Shown one piece after another: positions 43,301 to 58,300 of a stretch of DNA of 64,000 bases (its first letter is position 1; every line of letters begins with the position of its first letter). A program made the position numbers and the translations under genes. This DNA is from Octopus vulgaris (Eukaryota): the NCBI GenBank assembly GCA_951406725.2, contig OX597836.1, forward strand, positions 38,006,001-38,070,000, read 5' to 3'. The notes beneath the pieces were generated by a model. The model was not told the DNA's origin. It worked only from the letters and a program-made list of their open reading frames with translations, and made no database searches.

Positions 43301-46300
43301 AGGCCTTGCAGAAACTACAGAACTCGACAAAATTGCATCATCTCCAGCAAGCGCTAACAGTTTCACTGTGGAAGATTTTAATGAGCTTCAAGGCTTAAAA
43401 CACACGATATTTGAATCTTACTGTCCCGGTACGTATATCTCGAAGAATATTACACCTGTCATCGTCCTCGTCGAAGTTGTCATCGTTCCTTTGAATGGGG
43501 TGAACGTCTTGAGGTTGTAGCGTTTTCAGTTGTAAATGTTTGCTGTTTTGCACCTCATCTGTTTCCTTAGTGATCTGTTTACACAGCTGTGCAAGCTGCG
43601 ATTCTTGTTTACCTGGTTGATATTTTTGTAAATTCTTTATTGTGTGTTTGAATTTCTCTAGTGTTTAATATCAATGCTCTTTGTTTTCTGTACATTTGAT
43701 TTGGTATCTGCTGATGCAGTGAAATGGAGTATGAGTTGTTTTGGTGTTATTCATTGAATCTAACAGAGCGATAATTGACTTTAAACAATAATTTTCATTG
43801 CCATGATTGTGATGTCACGTGTGTGTATATGCAGCAATGAATGCATGTAGAAACAATTGCGTAGTTCTGAAGTATTCCTGTTTGTCGTTTACATGGACAC
43901 AGTGTGTGAATTGTCTGAAAGGACAGAAAAAGTGTGAAAATATGGTGAGTTAATTCACAAGAAACATGATGAGAAAAAGAAATACTTATGAATAAATGCT
44001 GGTTTAATGAGCAATCTGATATATGCTCCACGTGAGACAATTTAAATGATAAGTATGTCGGTGGAAGTTATTGAAATTTAAGCATTGTGCTGTGTTTTGA
44101 CAAGCGGCATTACTTTTTGCGCTTGGATATTTAAAGTTTTTCGTGTATTTGAAAGATTATGCTTGATTACGACATTGTAAAAGAATAATGAAAGTTGTTT
44201 CTGGTGTTTTGATATTGTCGATGTTACGTAGGTTTGGTTTTTTATAAATCTGTTGTGTTTTTTTGCTGAAATTTCTATGGAATATTGTTTTAGTGAAATT
44301 AAGTTGTTTTATATAGAAAATTGATTGTCACTATGTATGTATGTATGTATGTAAGAGCAGAATAATAATTATCGGAATGTAGGAACTGACGATTAATTTG
44401 AAATTCCTCTTGCCATTTTGCACTTTTCAGTAAAGTCCACAGAAACGATTGTCGATCGAAAGCCACCCGGTAAGACATTTCGAACGTATTGATTTTGGTT
44501 TTGTTACCTAGTGTAAAAGAAGGCAGGGCCCGTGTAGAAATGTAATTACAATTACTAAAGGGAATGAGACCTAATTAAAGGAATGTATTTGTTAGTGGTC
44601 TTTAGCTTGTGCGATTAATGTTTATAGGTGTATAGGTGTTGATGTTCAATGAACCACTATATTGAATTATTATGTATGTGTCAGTGTTAATTGATGGCTG
44701 CCTCCTTTTTGTTTAGGTCGTTGCAATACTGCTGAATCAGACATTGTGTTCGTTCTGGATTCTTCAACTAGCGTTACTGATGCAAACTTCCAGAAAATAT
44801 TAGCTTTCATGAAAGATTTTCTGTCGGATGCTAGTATTGACTCGGGTAATGTTCGAGTGGGGGCAGTGATTTATAGCACTGATGTAGAGGTGCAGTTTCA
44901 TTTGAATCGCTACAGTTCCAAGCGTGATATCCTCGATGCTGTTGACAACATTGCCTATGTGTATGGAAGCACAAATACATATGGAGGTCTGCACACAGCC
45001 AGAACACAGATGTTCACTGCAGAAAATGGTGACAGAGCCGGTGTTCCTAACATCATTTTCCTCATAACTGATGGCGTTTCCAACGTCAATGCTTTGCAAA
45101 CGATACCAGAAGCGGAGGCTATTCGTGCAGAAAACATCCATATTTATGCTATAGGTATAGGCCTTGCAGAAACTACAGAACTCGACAAAATTGCATCATC
45201 TCCAGCAAGCGCTAACAGTTTCACTGTGGAAGATTTTAATGAGCTTCAAGGCTTAAAACACACGATATTTGAATCTTACTGTCCCGGTACGTATATCTCG
45301 AAGAATATTACACCTGTCATCGTCCTCGTCGAAGTTGTCGTCGTTCCTTTGAATGGGGTGAACGTCTTGAGGTTGTAGCGTTTTCAGTTGTAAATGTTTG
45401 CTGTTTTGCACCTCATCTGTTTCCTTAGTGATCTGTTTACACAGCTGTGCAAGCTGCGATTCTTGTTTACCTGGTTGATATTTTTGTAAATTCTTTATTG
45501 TGTGTTTGAATTTCTCTAGTGTTTAATATCAATGCTCTTTGTTTTCTGTACATTTGATTTGGTATCTGCTGATGCAGTGAAATGGAGTATGAGTTGTTTT
45601 GGTGTTATTCATTGAATCTAACAGAGCGATAATTGACTTTAAACAATAATTTTCATCGCCATGATTGTGATGTCACGTGTGTGTATATGCAGCAATGAAT
45701 GCATGTAGAAACAATTGCGTAGTTCTGAAGTATTCCTGTTTGTCGTTTACATGGACACAGTGTGTGAATTGTCTGAAAGGACAGAAAAAGTGTGAAAATA
45801 TGGTGAGTTAATTCACAAGAAACATGATGGGAAAAAGAAATACTTATGAATAAATGCTGGTTTAATGAGCAATCTGATATATGCTCCACGTGAGACAATT
45901 TAAATGATAAGTATGTCGGTGGAAGTTATTGAAATTTAAGCATTGTGCTGTGTTTTGACAAGCGGCATTACTTTTTGCACTTGGATATTTAAAGTTTTTC
46001 GTGTATTTGAAAGATTATGCTTGATTACGACATTGTAAAAGAATAATGAAAGTTGTTTCTGGTGTTTTCAATATTGTCGATGTTACGTAGGTTTGTTTTT
46101 TTATAAATCTCTTGTGTTTTTTTGCTGAAATTTCTATGGAATATTGTTTTAGTGAAATTAAGTTGTTTTATATAGAAAATTGATTGTCACTATGTATGTA
46201 TGTATGTATGTAAGAGCAGAATAATAATTATCGGAATGTAGGAACTGACGATTAATTTGAAATTCCTCTTGCCATTTTGCACTTTTCAGTAAAGTCCACA

Positions 46301-49300
46301 GAAACAATTGTCGATCGAAAGCCACCCGGTAAGACATTTCGAACGTATTGATTTTGGTTTTGTTACCTAGTGTAAAAGAAGGCAGGGCCCGTGTAGAAAT
46401 GTAATTACAATTACTAAAGGGAATGAGACCTAATTAAAGGAATGTATTTGTTAGTGGTCTTTAGCTTGTGCGATTAATGTTTATAGGTGTATAGGTGTTG
46501 ATGTTCAATGAACCACTATATTGAATTATTATGTATGCGTCAGTGTTAATTGATGGCTGCCTCCTTTTTGTTTAGGTCGTTGCAATACTGCTGAATCAGA
46601 CATTGTGTTCGTTCTGGATTCTTCAACTAGCGTTACTGATGCAAACTTCCAGAAAATATTAGCTTTCATGAAAGATTTTCTGTCGGATGCTAGTATTGAC
46701 TCGGGTAATGTTCGAGTGGGGGCAGTGATTTATAGCACTGATGTAGAGGTGCAGTTTCATTTGAATCGCTACAGTTCCAAGCGTGATATCCTCGATGCTG
46801 TTGACAACATTGCCTATGTGTATGGAAGCACAAATACATATGGAGGTCTGCACACAGCCAGAACACAGATGTTCACTGCAGAAAATGGTGACAGAGCCGG
46901 TGTTCCTAACATCATTTTCCTCATAACTGATGGCGTTTCCAACGTCAATGCTTTGCAAACGATACCAGAAGCGGAGGCTATTCGTGCAGAAAACATCCAT
47001 ATTTACGCTATAGGTATAGGCCTTGCAGAAACTACAGAACTCGACAAAATTGCATCATCTCCAGCAAGCGCTAACAGTTTCACTGTGGAAGATTTTAATG
47101 AGCTTCAAGGCTTAAAACACACGATATTTGAATCTTACTGTCCCGGTACGTATATCTCGAAGAATATTACACCTGTCATCGTCCTCGTCGAAGTTGTCGT
47201 CGTTCCTTTGAATGGGGTGAACGTCTTGAGGTTGTAGCGTTTTCAGTTGTAAATGTTTGCTGTTTTGCACCTCATCTGTTTCCTTAGTGATCTGTTTACA
47301 CAGCTGTGCAAGCTGCGATTCTTGTTTACCTGGTTGATATTTTTGTAAATTCTTTATTGTGTGTTTGAATTTCTCTAGTGTTTAATATCAATGCTCTTTG
47401 TTTTCTGTACATTTGATTTGATATCTGCTGATGCAGTGAAATGGAGTATGAGTTGTTTTGGTGTTATTCATTGAATCTAACAGAGCGATAATTGACTTTA
47501 AACAATAATTTTCATCGCCATGATTGTGATGTCACGTGTGTGTATATGCAGCAATGAATGCATGTAGAAACAATTGCGTAGTTCTGAAGTATTCCTGTTT
47601 GTCGTTTACATGGACACAGTGTGTGAATTGTCTGAAAGGACAGAAAAAGTGTGAAAATATGGTGAGTTAATTCACAAGAAACATGATGAGAAAAAGAAAT
47701 ACTTATGAATAAATGCTGGTTTAATGAGCAATCTGATATATGCTCCACGTGAGACAATTTAAATGATAAGTATGTCGGTGAAAGTTATTGAAATTTAAGC
47801 ATTGTGCTGTGTTTTAACAAGCGGCATTACTTTTTGCGCTTGGATATTTACAGTTTTTCGTGTATTTGAAAGATTATGCTTGATTACGACATTGTAAAAG
47901 AATAATGAAAGTTGTTTCTGGTGTTTTCGATATTGTCGATGTTACGTAGGTTTGGTTTTTTATAAATCTCTTGTGTTTTTTTGCTGAAATTTCTATGGAA
48001 TATTGTTTTAGTGAAATTAAGTTGTTTTATATAGAAAATTGATTGTCACTATGTATGTATGTATGTATGTAAGAGCAGAATAATAATTATCGGAATGTAG
48101 GAACTGACGATTAATTTGAAATTCCTCTTGCCATTTTGCACTTTTCAGTAAAGTCCACAGAAACGATTGTCGATCGAAAGCCACCCGGTAAGACATTTCG
48201 AACGTATTGATTTTGGTTTTGTTACCTAGTGTAAAAGAAGGCAGGGCCCGTGTAGAAATGTAATTACAATTACTAAAGGGAATGAGACCTAATTAAAGGA
48301 ATGTATTTGTTAGTGGTCTTTAGCTTGTGCGATTAATGTTTATAGGTGTATAGGTGTTGATGTTCAATGAACCACTATATTGAATTATTATGTATGCGTC
48401 AGTGTTAATTGATGGCTGCCTCCTTTTTGTTTAGGTCGTTGCAATACTGCTGAATCAGACATTGTGTTCGTTCTGGATTCTTCAACTAGCGTTACTGATG
48501 CAAACTTCCAGAAAATATTAGCTTTCATGAAAGATTTTCTGTCGGATGCTAGTATTGACTCGGGTAATGTTCGAGTGGGGGCAGTGATTTATAGCACTGA
48601 TGTAGAGGTGCAGTTTCATTTGAATCGCTACAGTTCCAAGCGTGATATCCTCGATGCTGTTGACAACATTGCCTATGTGTATGGAAGCACAAATACATAT
48701 GGAGGTCTGCACACAGCCAGAACACAGATGTTCACTGCAGAAAATGGTGACAGAGCCGGTGTTCCTAACATCATTTTCCTCATAACTGATGGCGTTTCCA
48801 ACGTCAATGCTTTGCAAACGATACCAGAAGCGGAGGCTATTCGTGCAGAAAACATCCATATTTACGCTATAGGTATAGGCCTTGCAGAAACTACAGAACT
48901 CGACAAAATTGCATCATCTCCAGCAAGCGCTAACAGTTTCACTGTGGAAGATTTTAATGAGCTTCAAGGCTTAAAACACACGATATTTGAATCTTACTGT
49001 CCCGGTACGTATATCTCGAAGAATATTACACCTGTCATCGTCCTCGTCGAAGTTGTCGTCGTTCCTTTGAATGGGGTGAACGTCTTGAGGTTGTAGCGTT
49101 TTCAGTTGTAAATGTTTGCTGTTTTGCACCTCATCTGTTTCCTTAGTGATCTGTTTACACAGCTGTGCAAGCTGCGATTCTTGTTTACCTGGTTGATATT
49201 TTTGTAAATTCTTTATTGTGTGTTTGAATTTCTCTAGTGTTTAATATCAATGCTCTTTGTTTTCTGTACATTTGATTTGATATCTGCTGATGCAGTGAAA

Positions 49301-52300
49301 TGGAGTATGAGTTGTTTTGGTGTTATTCATTGAATCTAACAGAGCGATAATTGACTTTAAACAATAATTTTCATCGCCATGATTGTGATGTCACGTGTGT
49401 GTATATGCAGCAATGAATGCATGTAGAAACAATTGCGTAGTTCTGAAGTATTCCTGTTTGTCGTTTACATGGACACAGTGTGTGAATTGTCTGAAAGGAC
49501 AGAAAAAGTGTGAAAATATGGTGAGTTAATTCACAAGAAACATGATGAGAAAAAGAAATACTTATGAATAAATGCTGGTTTAATGAGCAATCTGATATAT
49601 GCTCCACGTGAGACAATTTAAATGATAAGTATGTCGGTGGAAGTTATTGAAATTTAAGCATTGTGCTGTGTTTTAACAAGCGGCATTACTTTTTGCGCTT
49701 GGATATTTACAGTTTTTCGTGTATTTGAAAGATTATGCTTGATTACGACATTGTAAAAGAATAATGAAAGTTGTTTCTGGTGTTTTCGATATTGTCGATG
49801 TTACGTAGGTTTGGTTTTTTATAAATCTGTTGTGTTTTTTTGCTGAAATTTCTATGGAATATTGTTTTAGTGAAATTAAGTTGTTTTATATAGAAAATTG
49901 ATTGTCACTATGTATGTATGAGCAGAATAATAATTATCGGAATGTAGGAACTGACGATTAATTTGAAATTCCTCTTGCCATTTTGCACTTTTCAGTAAAG
50001 TCCACAGAAACGATTGTCGATCGAAAGCCACCCGGTAAGACATTTCGAACGTATTGATTTTGGTTTTGTTACCTAGTGTAAAAGAAGGCAGGGCCCGTGT
50101 AGAAATGTAATTACAATTACTAAAGGGAATGAGACCTAATTAAAGGAATGTATTTGTTAGTGGTCTTTAGCTTGTGCGATTAATGTTTATAGGTGTATAG
50201 GTGTTGATGTTCAATGAACCACTATATTGAATTATTATGTATGCGTCAGTGTTAATTGATGGCTGCCTCCTTTTTGTTTAGGTCGTTGCAATACTGCTGA
50301 ATCAGACATTGTGTTCGTTCTGGATTCTTCAACTAGCGTTACTGATGCAAACTTCCAGAAAATATTAGCTTTCATGAAAGATTTTCTGTCGGATGCTAGT
50401 ATTGACTCGGGTAATGTTCGAGTGGGGGCAGTGATTTATAGCACTGATGTAGAGGTGCAGTTTCATTTGAATCGCTACAGTTCCAAGCGTGATATCCTCG
50501 ATGCTGTTGACAACATTGCCTATGTGTATGGAAGCACAAATACATATGGAGGTCTGCACACAGCCAGAACACAGATGTTCACTGCAGAAAATGGTGACAG
50601 AGCCGGTGTTCCTAACATCATTTTCCTCATAACTGATGGCGTTTCCAACGTCAATGCTTTGCAAACGATACCAGAAGCGGAGGCTATTCGTGCAGAAAAC
50701 ATCCATATTTACGCTATAGGTATAGGCCTTGCAGAAACTACAGAACTCGACAAAATTGCATCATCTCCAGCAAGCGCTAACAGTTTCACTGTGGAAGATT
50801 TTAATGAGCTTCAAGGCTTAAAACACACGATATTTGAATCTTACTGTCCCGGTACGTATATCTCGAAGAATATTACACCTGTCATCGTCCTCGTCGAAGT
50901 TGTCGTCGTTCCTTTGAATGGGGTGAACGTCTTGAGGTTGTAGCGTTTTCAGTTGTAAATGTTTGCTGTTTTGCACCTCATCTGTTTCCTTAGTGATCTG
51001 TTTACACAGCTGTGCAAGCTGCGATTCTTGTTTACCTGGTTGATATTTTTGTAAATTCTTTATTGTGTGTTTGAATTTCTCTAGTGTTTAATATCAATGC
51101 TCTTTGTTTTCTGTACATTTGATTTGATATCTGCTGATGCAGTGAAATGGAGTATGAGTTGTTTTGGTGTTATTCATTGAATCTAACAGAGCGATAATTG
51201 ACTTTAAACAATAATTTTCATCGCCATGATTGTGATGTCACGTGTGTGTATATGCAGCAATGAATGCATGTAGAAACAATTGCGTAGTTCTGAAGTATTC
51301 CTGTTTGTCGTTTACATGGACACAGTGTGTGAATTGTCTGAAAGGACAGAAAAAGTGTGAAAATATGGTGAGTTAATTCACAAGAAACATGGTGAGAAAA
51401 AGAAATACTTATGAATAAATGCTGGTTTAATGAGCCATCTGATATATGCTCCACGTGAGACAATTTAAATGATAAGTATGTCGGTGGAAGTTATTGAAAT
51501 TTAAGCATTGTGCTGTGTTTTAACAAGCGGCATTACTTTTTGCGCTTGGATATTTACAGTTTTTCATGTATTTGAAAGATTATGCTTGATTACGACATTG
51601 TAAAAGAATAATGAAAGTTGTTTCTGGTGTTTTCAATATTGTCGATGTTACGTAGGTTTGGTTTTTTATAAATCTGTTGTGTTTTTTTGCTGAAATTTCT
51701 ATGGAATATTGTTTTAGTGAAATTAAGTTGTTTTATATAGAAAATTGATTGTCACTATGTATGTATGAGCAGAATAATAATTATCGGAATGTAGGAACTG
51801 ACGATTAATTTGAAATTCCTCTTGCCATTTTGCACTTTTCAGTAAAGTCCACAGAAACGATTGTCGATCGAAAGCCACCCGGTAAGACATTTCGAACGTA
51901 TTGATTTTGGTTTTGTTACCTAGTGTAAAAGAAGGCAGGGCCCGTGTAGAAATGTAATTACAATTACTAAAGGGAATGAGACCTAATTAAAGGAATGTAT
52001 TTGTTAGTGGTCTTTAGCTTGTGCGATTAATGTTTATAGGTGTATAGGTGTTGATGTTCAATGAACCACTATATTGAATTATTATGTATGCGTCAGTGTT
52101 AATTGATGGCTGCCTCCTTTTTGTTTAGGTCGTTGCAATACTGCTGAATCAGACATTGTGTTCGTTCTGGATTCTTCAACTAGCGTTACTGATGCAAACT
52201 TCAAGAAAATATTAGCTTTCATGAAAGATTTTCTGTCGGATGCTAGTATTGACTCGGGTAATGTTCGAGTGGGGGCAGTGATTTATAGCACTGATGTAGA

Positions 52301-55300
52301 GGTGCAGTTTCATTTGAATCGCTACAGTTCCAAGCGTGATATCCTCGATGCTGTTGACAACATTGCCTATGTGTATGGAAGCACAAATACATATGGAGGT
52401 CTGCACACAGCCAGAACACAGATGTTCACTGCAGAAAATGGTGACAGAGCCGGTGTTCCTAACATCATTTTCCTCATAACTGATGGCGTTTCCAACGTCA
52501 ATGCTTTGCAAACGATACCAGAAGCGGAGGCTATTCGTGCAGAAAACATCCATATTTACGCTATAGGTATAGGCCTTGCAGAAACTACAGAACTCGACAA
52601 AATTGCATCATCTCCAGCAAGCGCTAACAGTTTCACTGTGGAAGATTTTAATGAGCTTCAAGGCTTAAAACACACGATATTTGAATCTTACTGTCCCGGT
52701 ACGTATATCTCGAAGAATATTACACCTGTCATCGTCCTCGTCGAAGTTGTCGTCGTTCCTTTGAATGGGGTGAACGTCTTGAGGTTGTAGCGTTTTCAGT
52801 TGTAAATGTTTGCTGTTTTGCACCTCATCTGTTTCCTTAGTGATCTGTTTACACAGCTGTGCAAGCTGCGATTCTTGTTTACCTGGTTGATATTTTTGTA
52901 AATTCTTTATTGTGTGTTTGAATTTCTCTAGTGTTTAATATCAATGCTCTTTGTTTTCTGTACATTTGATTTGATATCTGCTGATGCAGTGAAATGGAGT
53001 ATGAGTTGTTTTGGTGTTATTCATTGAATCTAACAGAGCGATAATTGACTTTAAACAATAATTTTCATCGCCATGATTGTGATGTCACGTGTGTGTATAT
53101 GCAGCAATGAATGCATGTAGAAACAATTGCGTAGTTCTGAAGTATTCCTGTTTGTCGTTTACATGGACACAGTGTGTGAATTGTCTGAAAGGACAGAAAA
53201 AGTGTGAAAATATGGTGAGTTAATTCACAAGAAACATGATGGGAAAAAGAAATACTTATGAATAAATGCTGGTTTAATGAGCAATCTGATATATGCTCCA
53301 CGTGAGACAATTTAAATGATAAGTATGTCGTGAAAGTTATTGAAATTTAAGCATTGTGCTGTGTTTTGACAAGCGGCATTACTTTTTGCGCTTGGATATT
53401 TATAGTTTTTCGTGTATTTGAAAGATTATGCTTGATTACGACATTGTAAAAGAATAATGAAAGTTGTTTCTGGTGTTTTCGATATTGTCGATGTTACGTA
53501 GGTTTGGTTTTTTATAAATCTGTTGTGTTTTTTTGCTGAAATTTCTATGGAATATTGTTTTAGTGAAATTAAGTTGTTTTATATAGAAAATTGATTGTCA
53601 CTATGTATGTATGAGCAGAATAATAATTATCGGAATGTAGGAACTGACGATTAATTTGAAATTCCTCTTGCCATTTTGCACTTTTCAGTAAAGTCCACAG
53701 AAACGATTGTCGATCGAAAGCCACCCGGTAAGACATTTCGAACGTATTGATTTTGGTTTTGTTACCTAGTGTAAAAGAAGGCAGGGCCCGTGTAGAAATG
53801 TAATTACAATTACTAAAGGGAATGAGACCTAATTAAAGGAATGTATTTGTTAGTGGTCTTTAGCTTGTGCGATTAATGTTTATAGGTGTATAGGTGTTGA
53901 TGTTCAATGAACCACTATATTGAATTATTATGTATGCGTCAGTGTTAATTGATGGCTGCCTCCTTTTTGTTTAGGTCGTTGCAATACTGCTGAATCAGAC
54001 ATTGTGTTCGTTCTGGATTCTTCAACTAGCGTTACTGATGCAAACTTCAAGAAAATATTAGCTTTCATGAAAGATTTTCTGTCGGATGCTAGTATTGACT
54101 CGGGTAATGTTCGAGTGGGGGCAGTGATTTATAGCACTGATGTAGAGGTGCAGTTTCATTTGAATCGCTACAGTTCCAAGCGTGATATCCTCGATGCTGT
54201 TGACAACATTGCCTATGTGTATGGAAGCACAAATACATATGGAGGTCTGCACACAGCCAGAACACAGATGTTCACTGCAGAAAATGGTGACAGAGCCGGT
54301 GTTCCTAACATCATTTTCCTCATAACTGATGGCGTTTCCAACGTCAATGCTTTGCAAACGATACCAGAAGCGGAGGCTATTCGTGCAGAAAACATCCATA
54401 TTTACGCTATAGGTATAGGCCTTGCAGAAACTACAGAACTCGACAAAATTGCATCATCTCCAGCAAGCGCTAACAGTTTCACTGTGGAAGATTTTAATGA
54501 GCTTCAAGGCTTAAAACACACGATATTTGAATCTTACTGTCCCGGTACGTATATCTCGAAGAATATTACACCTGTCATCGTCCTCGTCGAAGTTGTCGTC
54601 GTTCCTTTGAATGGGGTGAACGTCTTGAGGTTGTAGCGTTTTCAGTTGTAAATGTTTGCTGTTTTGCACCTCATCTGTTTCCTTAGTGATCTGTTTACAC
54701 AGCTGTGCAAGCTGCGATTCTTGTTTACCTGGTTGATATTTTTGTAAATTCTTTATTGTGTGTTTGAATTTCTCTAGTGTTTAATATCAATGCTCTTTGT
54801 TTTCTGTACATTTGATTTGATATCTGCTGATGCAGTGAAATGGAGTATGAGTTGTTTTGGTGTTATTCATTGAATCTAACAGAGCGATAATTGACTTTAA
54901 ACAATAATTTTCATCGCCATGATTGTGATGTCACGTGTGTGTATATGCAGCAATGAATGCATGTAGAAACAATTGCGTAGTTCTGAAGTATTCCTGTTTG
55001 TCGTTTACATGGACACAGTGTGTGAATTGTCTGAAAGGACAGAAAAAGTGTGAAAATATGGTGAGTTAATTCACAAGAAACATGATGGAAAAAGAAATAC
55101 TTATGAATAAATGCTGGTTTAATGAGCAATCTGATATATGCTCCACGTGAGACAATTTAAATGATAAGTATGTCGGTGAAAGTTATTGAAATTTAAGCAT
55201 TGTGCTGTGTTTTGACAAGCGGCATTACATTTTGCGCTTGGATATTTATAGTTTTTCGTGTATTTGAAAGATTATGCTTGATTACGACATTGTAAAAGAA

Positions 55301-58300
55301 TAATGAAAGTTGTTTCTGGTGTTTTCGATATTGTCGATGTTACGTAGGTTTGGTTTTTTATAAATCTGTTGTGTTTTTTTGCTGAAATTTCTATGGAATA
55401 TTGTTTTAGTGAAATTAAGTTGTTTTATATAGAAAATTGATTGTCACTATGTATGTATGAGCAGAATAATAATTATCGGAATGTAGGAACTGACGATTAA
55501 TTTGAAATTCCTCTTGCCATTTTGCACTTTTCAGTAAAGTCCACAGAAACGATTGTCGATCGAAAGCCACCCGGTAAGACATTTCGAACGTATTGATTTT
55601 GGTTTTGTTACCTAGTGTAAAAGAAGGCAGGGCCCGTGTAGAAATGTAATTACAATTACTAAAGGGAATGAGACCTAATTAAAGGAATGTATTTGTTAGT
55701 GGTCTTTAGCTTGTGCGATTAATGTTTATAGGTGTATAGGTGTTGATGTTCAATGAACCACTATATTGAATTATTATGTATGCGTCAGTGTTAATTGATG
55801 GCTGCCTCCTTTTTGTTTAGGTCGTTGCAATACTGCTGAATCAGACATTGTGTTCGTTCTGGATTCTTCAACTAGCGTTACTGATGCAAACTTCAAGAAA
55901 ATATTAGCTTTCATGAAAGATTTTCTGTCGGATGCTAGTATTGACTCGGGTAATGTTCGAGTGGGGGCAGTGATTTATAGCACTGATGTAGAGGTGCAGT
56001 TTCATTTGAATCGCTACAGTTCCAAGCGTGATATCCTCGATGCTGTTGACAACATTGCCTATGTGTATGGAAGCACAAATACATATGGAGGTCTGCACAC
56101 AGCCAGAACACAGATGTTCACTGCAGAAAATGGTGACAGAGCCGGTGTTCCTAACATCATTTTCCTCATAACTGATGGCGTTTCCAACGTCAATGCTTTG
56201 CAAACGATACCAGAAGCGGAGGCTATTCGTGCAGAAAACATCCATATTTACGCTATAGGTATAGGCCTTGCAGAAACTACAGAACTCGACAAAATTGCAT
56301 CATCTCCAGCAAGCGCTAACAGTTTCACTGTGGAAGATTTTAATGAGCTTCAAGGCTTAAAACACACGATATTTGAATCTTACTGTCCCGGTACGTATAT
56401 CTCGAAGAATATTACACCTGTCATCGTCCTCGTCGAAGTTGTCGTCGTTCCTTTGAATGGGGTGAACGTCTTGAGGTTGTAGCGTTTTCAGTTGTAAATG
56501 TTTGCTGTTTTGCACCTCATCTGTTTCCTTAGTGATCTGTTTACACAGCTGTGCAAGCTGCGATTCTTGTTTACCTGGTTGATATTTTTGTAAATTCTTT
56601 ATTGTGTGTTTGAATTTCTCTAGTGTTTAATATCAATGCTCTTTGTTTTCTGTACATTTGATTTGATATCTGCTGATGCAGTGAAATGGAGTATGAGTTG
56701 TTTTGGTGTTATTCATTGAATCTAACAGAGCGATAATTGACTTTAAACAATAATTTTCATCGCCATGATTGTGATGTCACGTGTGTGTATATGCAGCAAT
56801 GAATGCATGTAGAAACAATTGCGTAGTTCTGAAGTATTCCTGTTTGTCGTTTACATGGACACAGTGTGTGAATTGTCTGAAAGGACAGAAAAAGTGTGAA
56901 AATATGGTGAGTTAATTCACAAGAAACATGATGGGAAAAAGAAATACTTATGAATAAATGCTGGTTTAATGAGCAATCTGATATATGCTCCACGTGAGAC
57001 AATTTAAATGATAAGTATGTCGTGAAAGTTATTGAAATTTAAGCATTGTGCTGTGTTTTGACAAGCGGCATTACTTTTTGCGCTTGGATATTTATAGTTT
57101 TTCGTGTATTTGAAAGATTATGCTTGATTACGACATTGTAAAAGAATAATGAAAGTTGTTTCTGGTGTTTTCGATATTGTCGATGTTACGTAGGTTTGGT
57201 TTTTTATAAATCTGTTGTGTTTTTTTGCTGAAATTTCTATGGAATATTGTTTTAGTGAAATTAAGTTGTTTTATATAGAAAATTGATTGTCACTATGTAT
57301 GTATGAGCAGAATAATAATTATCGGAATGTAGGAACTGACGATTAATTTGAAATTCCTCTTGCCATTTTGCACTTTTCAGTAAAGTCCACAGAAACGATT
57401 GTCGATCGAAAGCCACCCGGTAAGACATTTCGAACGTATTGATTTTGGTTTTGTTACCTAGTGTAAAAGAAGGCAGGGCCCGTGTAGAAATGTAATTACA
57501 ATTACTAAAGGGAATGAGACCTAATTAAAGGAATGTATTTGTTAGTGGTCTTTAGCTTGTGCGATTAATGTTTATAGGTGTATAGGTGTTGATGTTCAAT
57601 GAACCACTATATTGAATTATTATGTATGCGTCAGTGTTAATTGATGGCTGCCTCCTTTTTGTTTAGGTCGTTGCAATACTGCTGAATCAGACATTGTGTT
57701 CGTTCTGGATTCTTCAACTAGCGTTACTGATGCAAACTTCAAGAAAATATTAGCTTTCATGAAAGATTTTCTGTCGGATGCTAGTATTGACTCGGGTAAT
57801 GTTCGAGTGGGGGCAGTGATTTATAGCACTGATGTAGAGGTGCAGTTTCATTTGAATCGCTACAGTTCCAAGCGTGATATCCTCGATGCTGTTGACAACA
57901 TTGCCTATGTGTATGGAAGCACAAATACATATGGAGGTCTGCACACAGCCAGAACACAGATGTTCACTGCAGAAAATGGTGACAGAGCCGGTGTTCCTAA
58001 CATCATTTTCCTCATAACTGATGGCGTTTCCAACGTCAATGCTTTGCAAACGATACCAGAAGCGGAGGCTATTCGTGCAGAAAACATCCATATTTACGCT
58101 ATAGGTATAGGCCTTGCAGAAACTACAGAACTCGACAAAATTGCATCATCTCCAGCAAGCGCTAACAGTTTCACTGTGGAAGATTTTAATGAGCTTCAAG
58201 GCTTAAAACACACGATATTTGAATCTTACTGTCCCGGTACGTATATCTCGAAGAATATTACACCTGTCATCGTCCTCGTCGAAGTTGTCGTCGTTCCTTT

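Noticed and set aside
42888-43520. The 210-aa ORFs as 12 independent single-exon genes with a hydrophobic C-terminal tail ([15 protein letters not shown])
   Set aside because: They start at GTG inside an exon, lack a signal peptide and are bounded by strong acceptor and donor sites. The tail is intron read-through past CCCG|gtacgt and is not conserved in exon C.
42942-44040. Repeated minus-strand ORFs (113, 60, 81 aa) in each unit
   Set aside because: Antisense shadows of the VWA exon or intron sequence. They recur only because the DNA is repeated, and the 81-aa ORF is broken in units 7 and 11.
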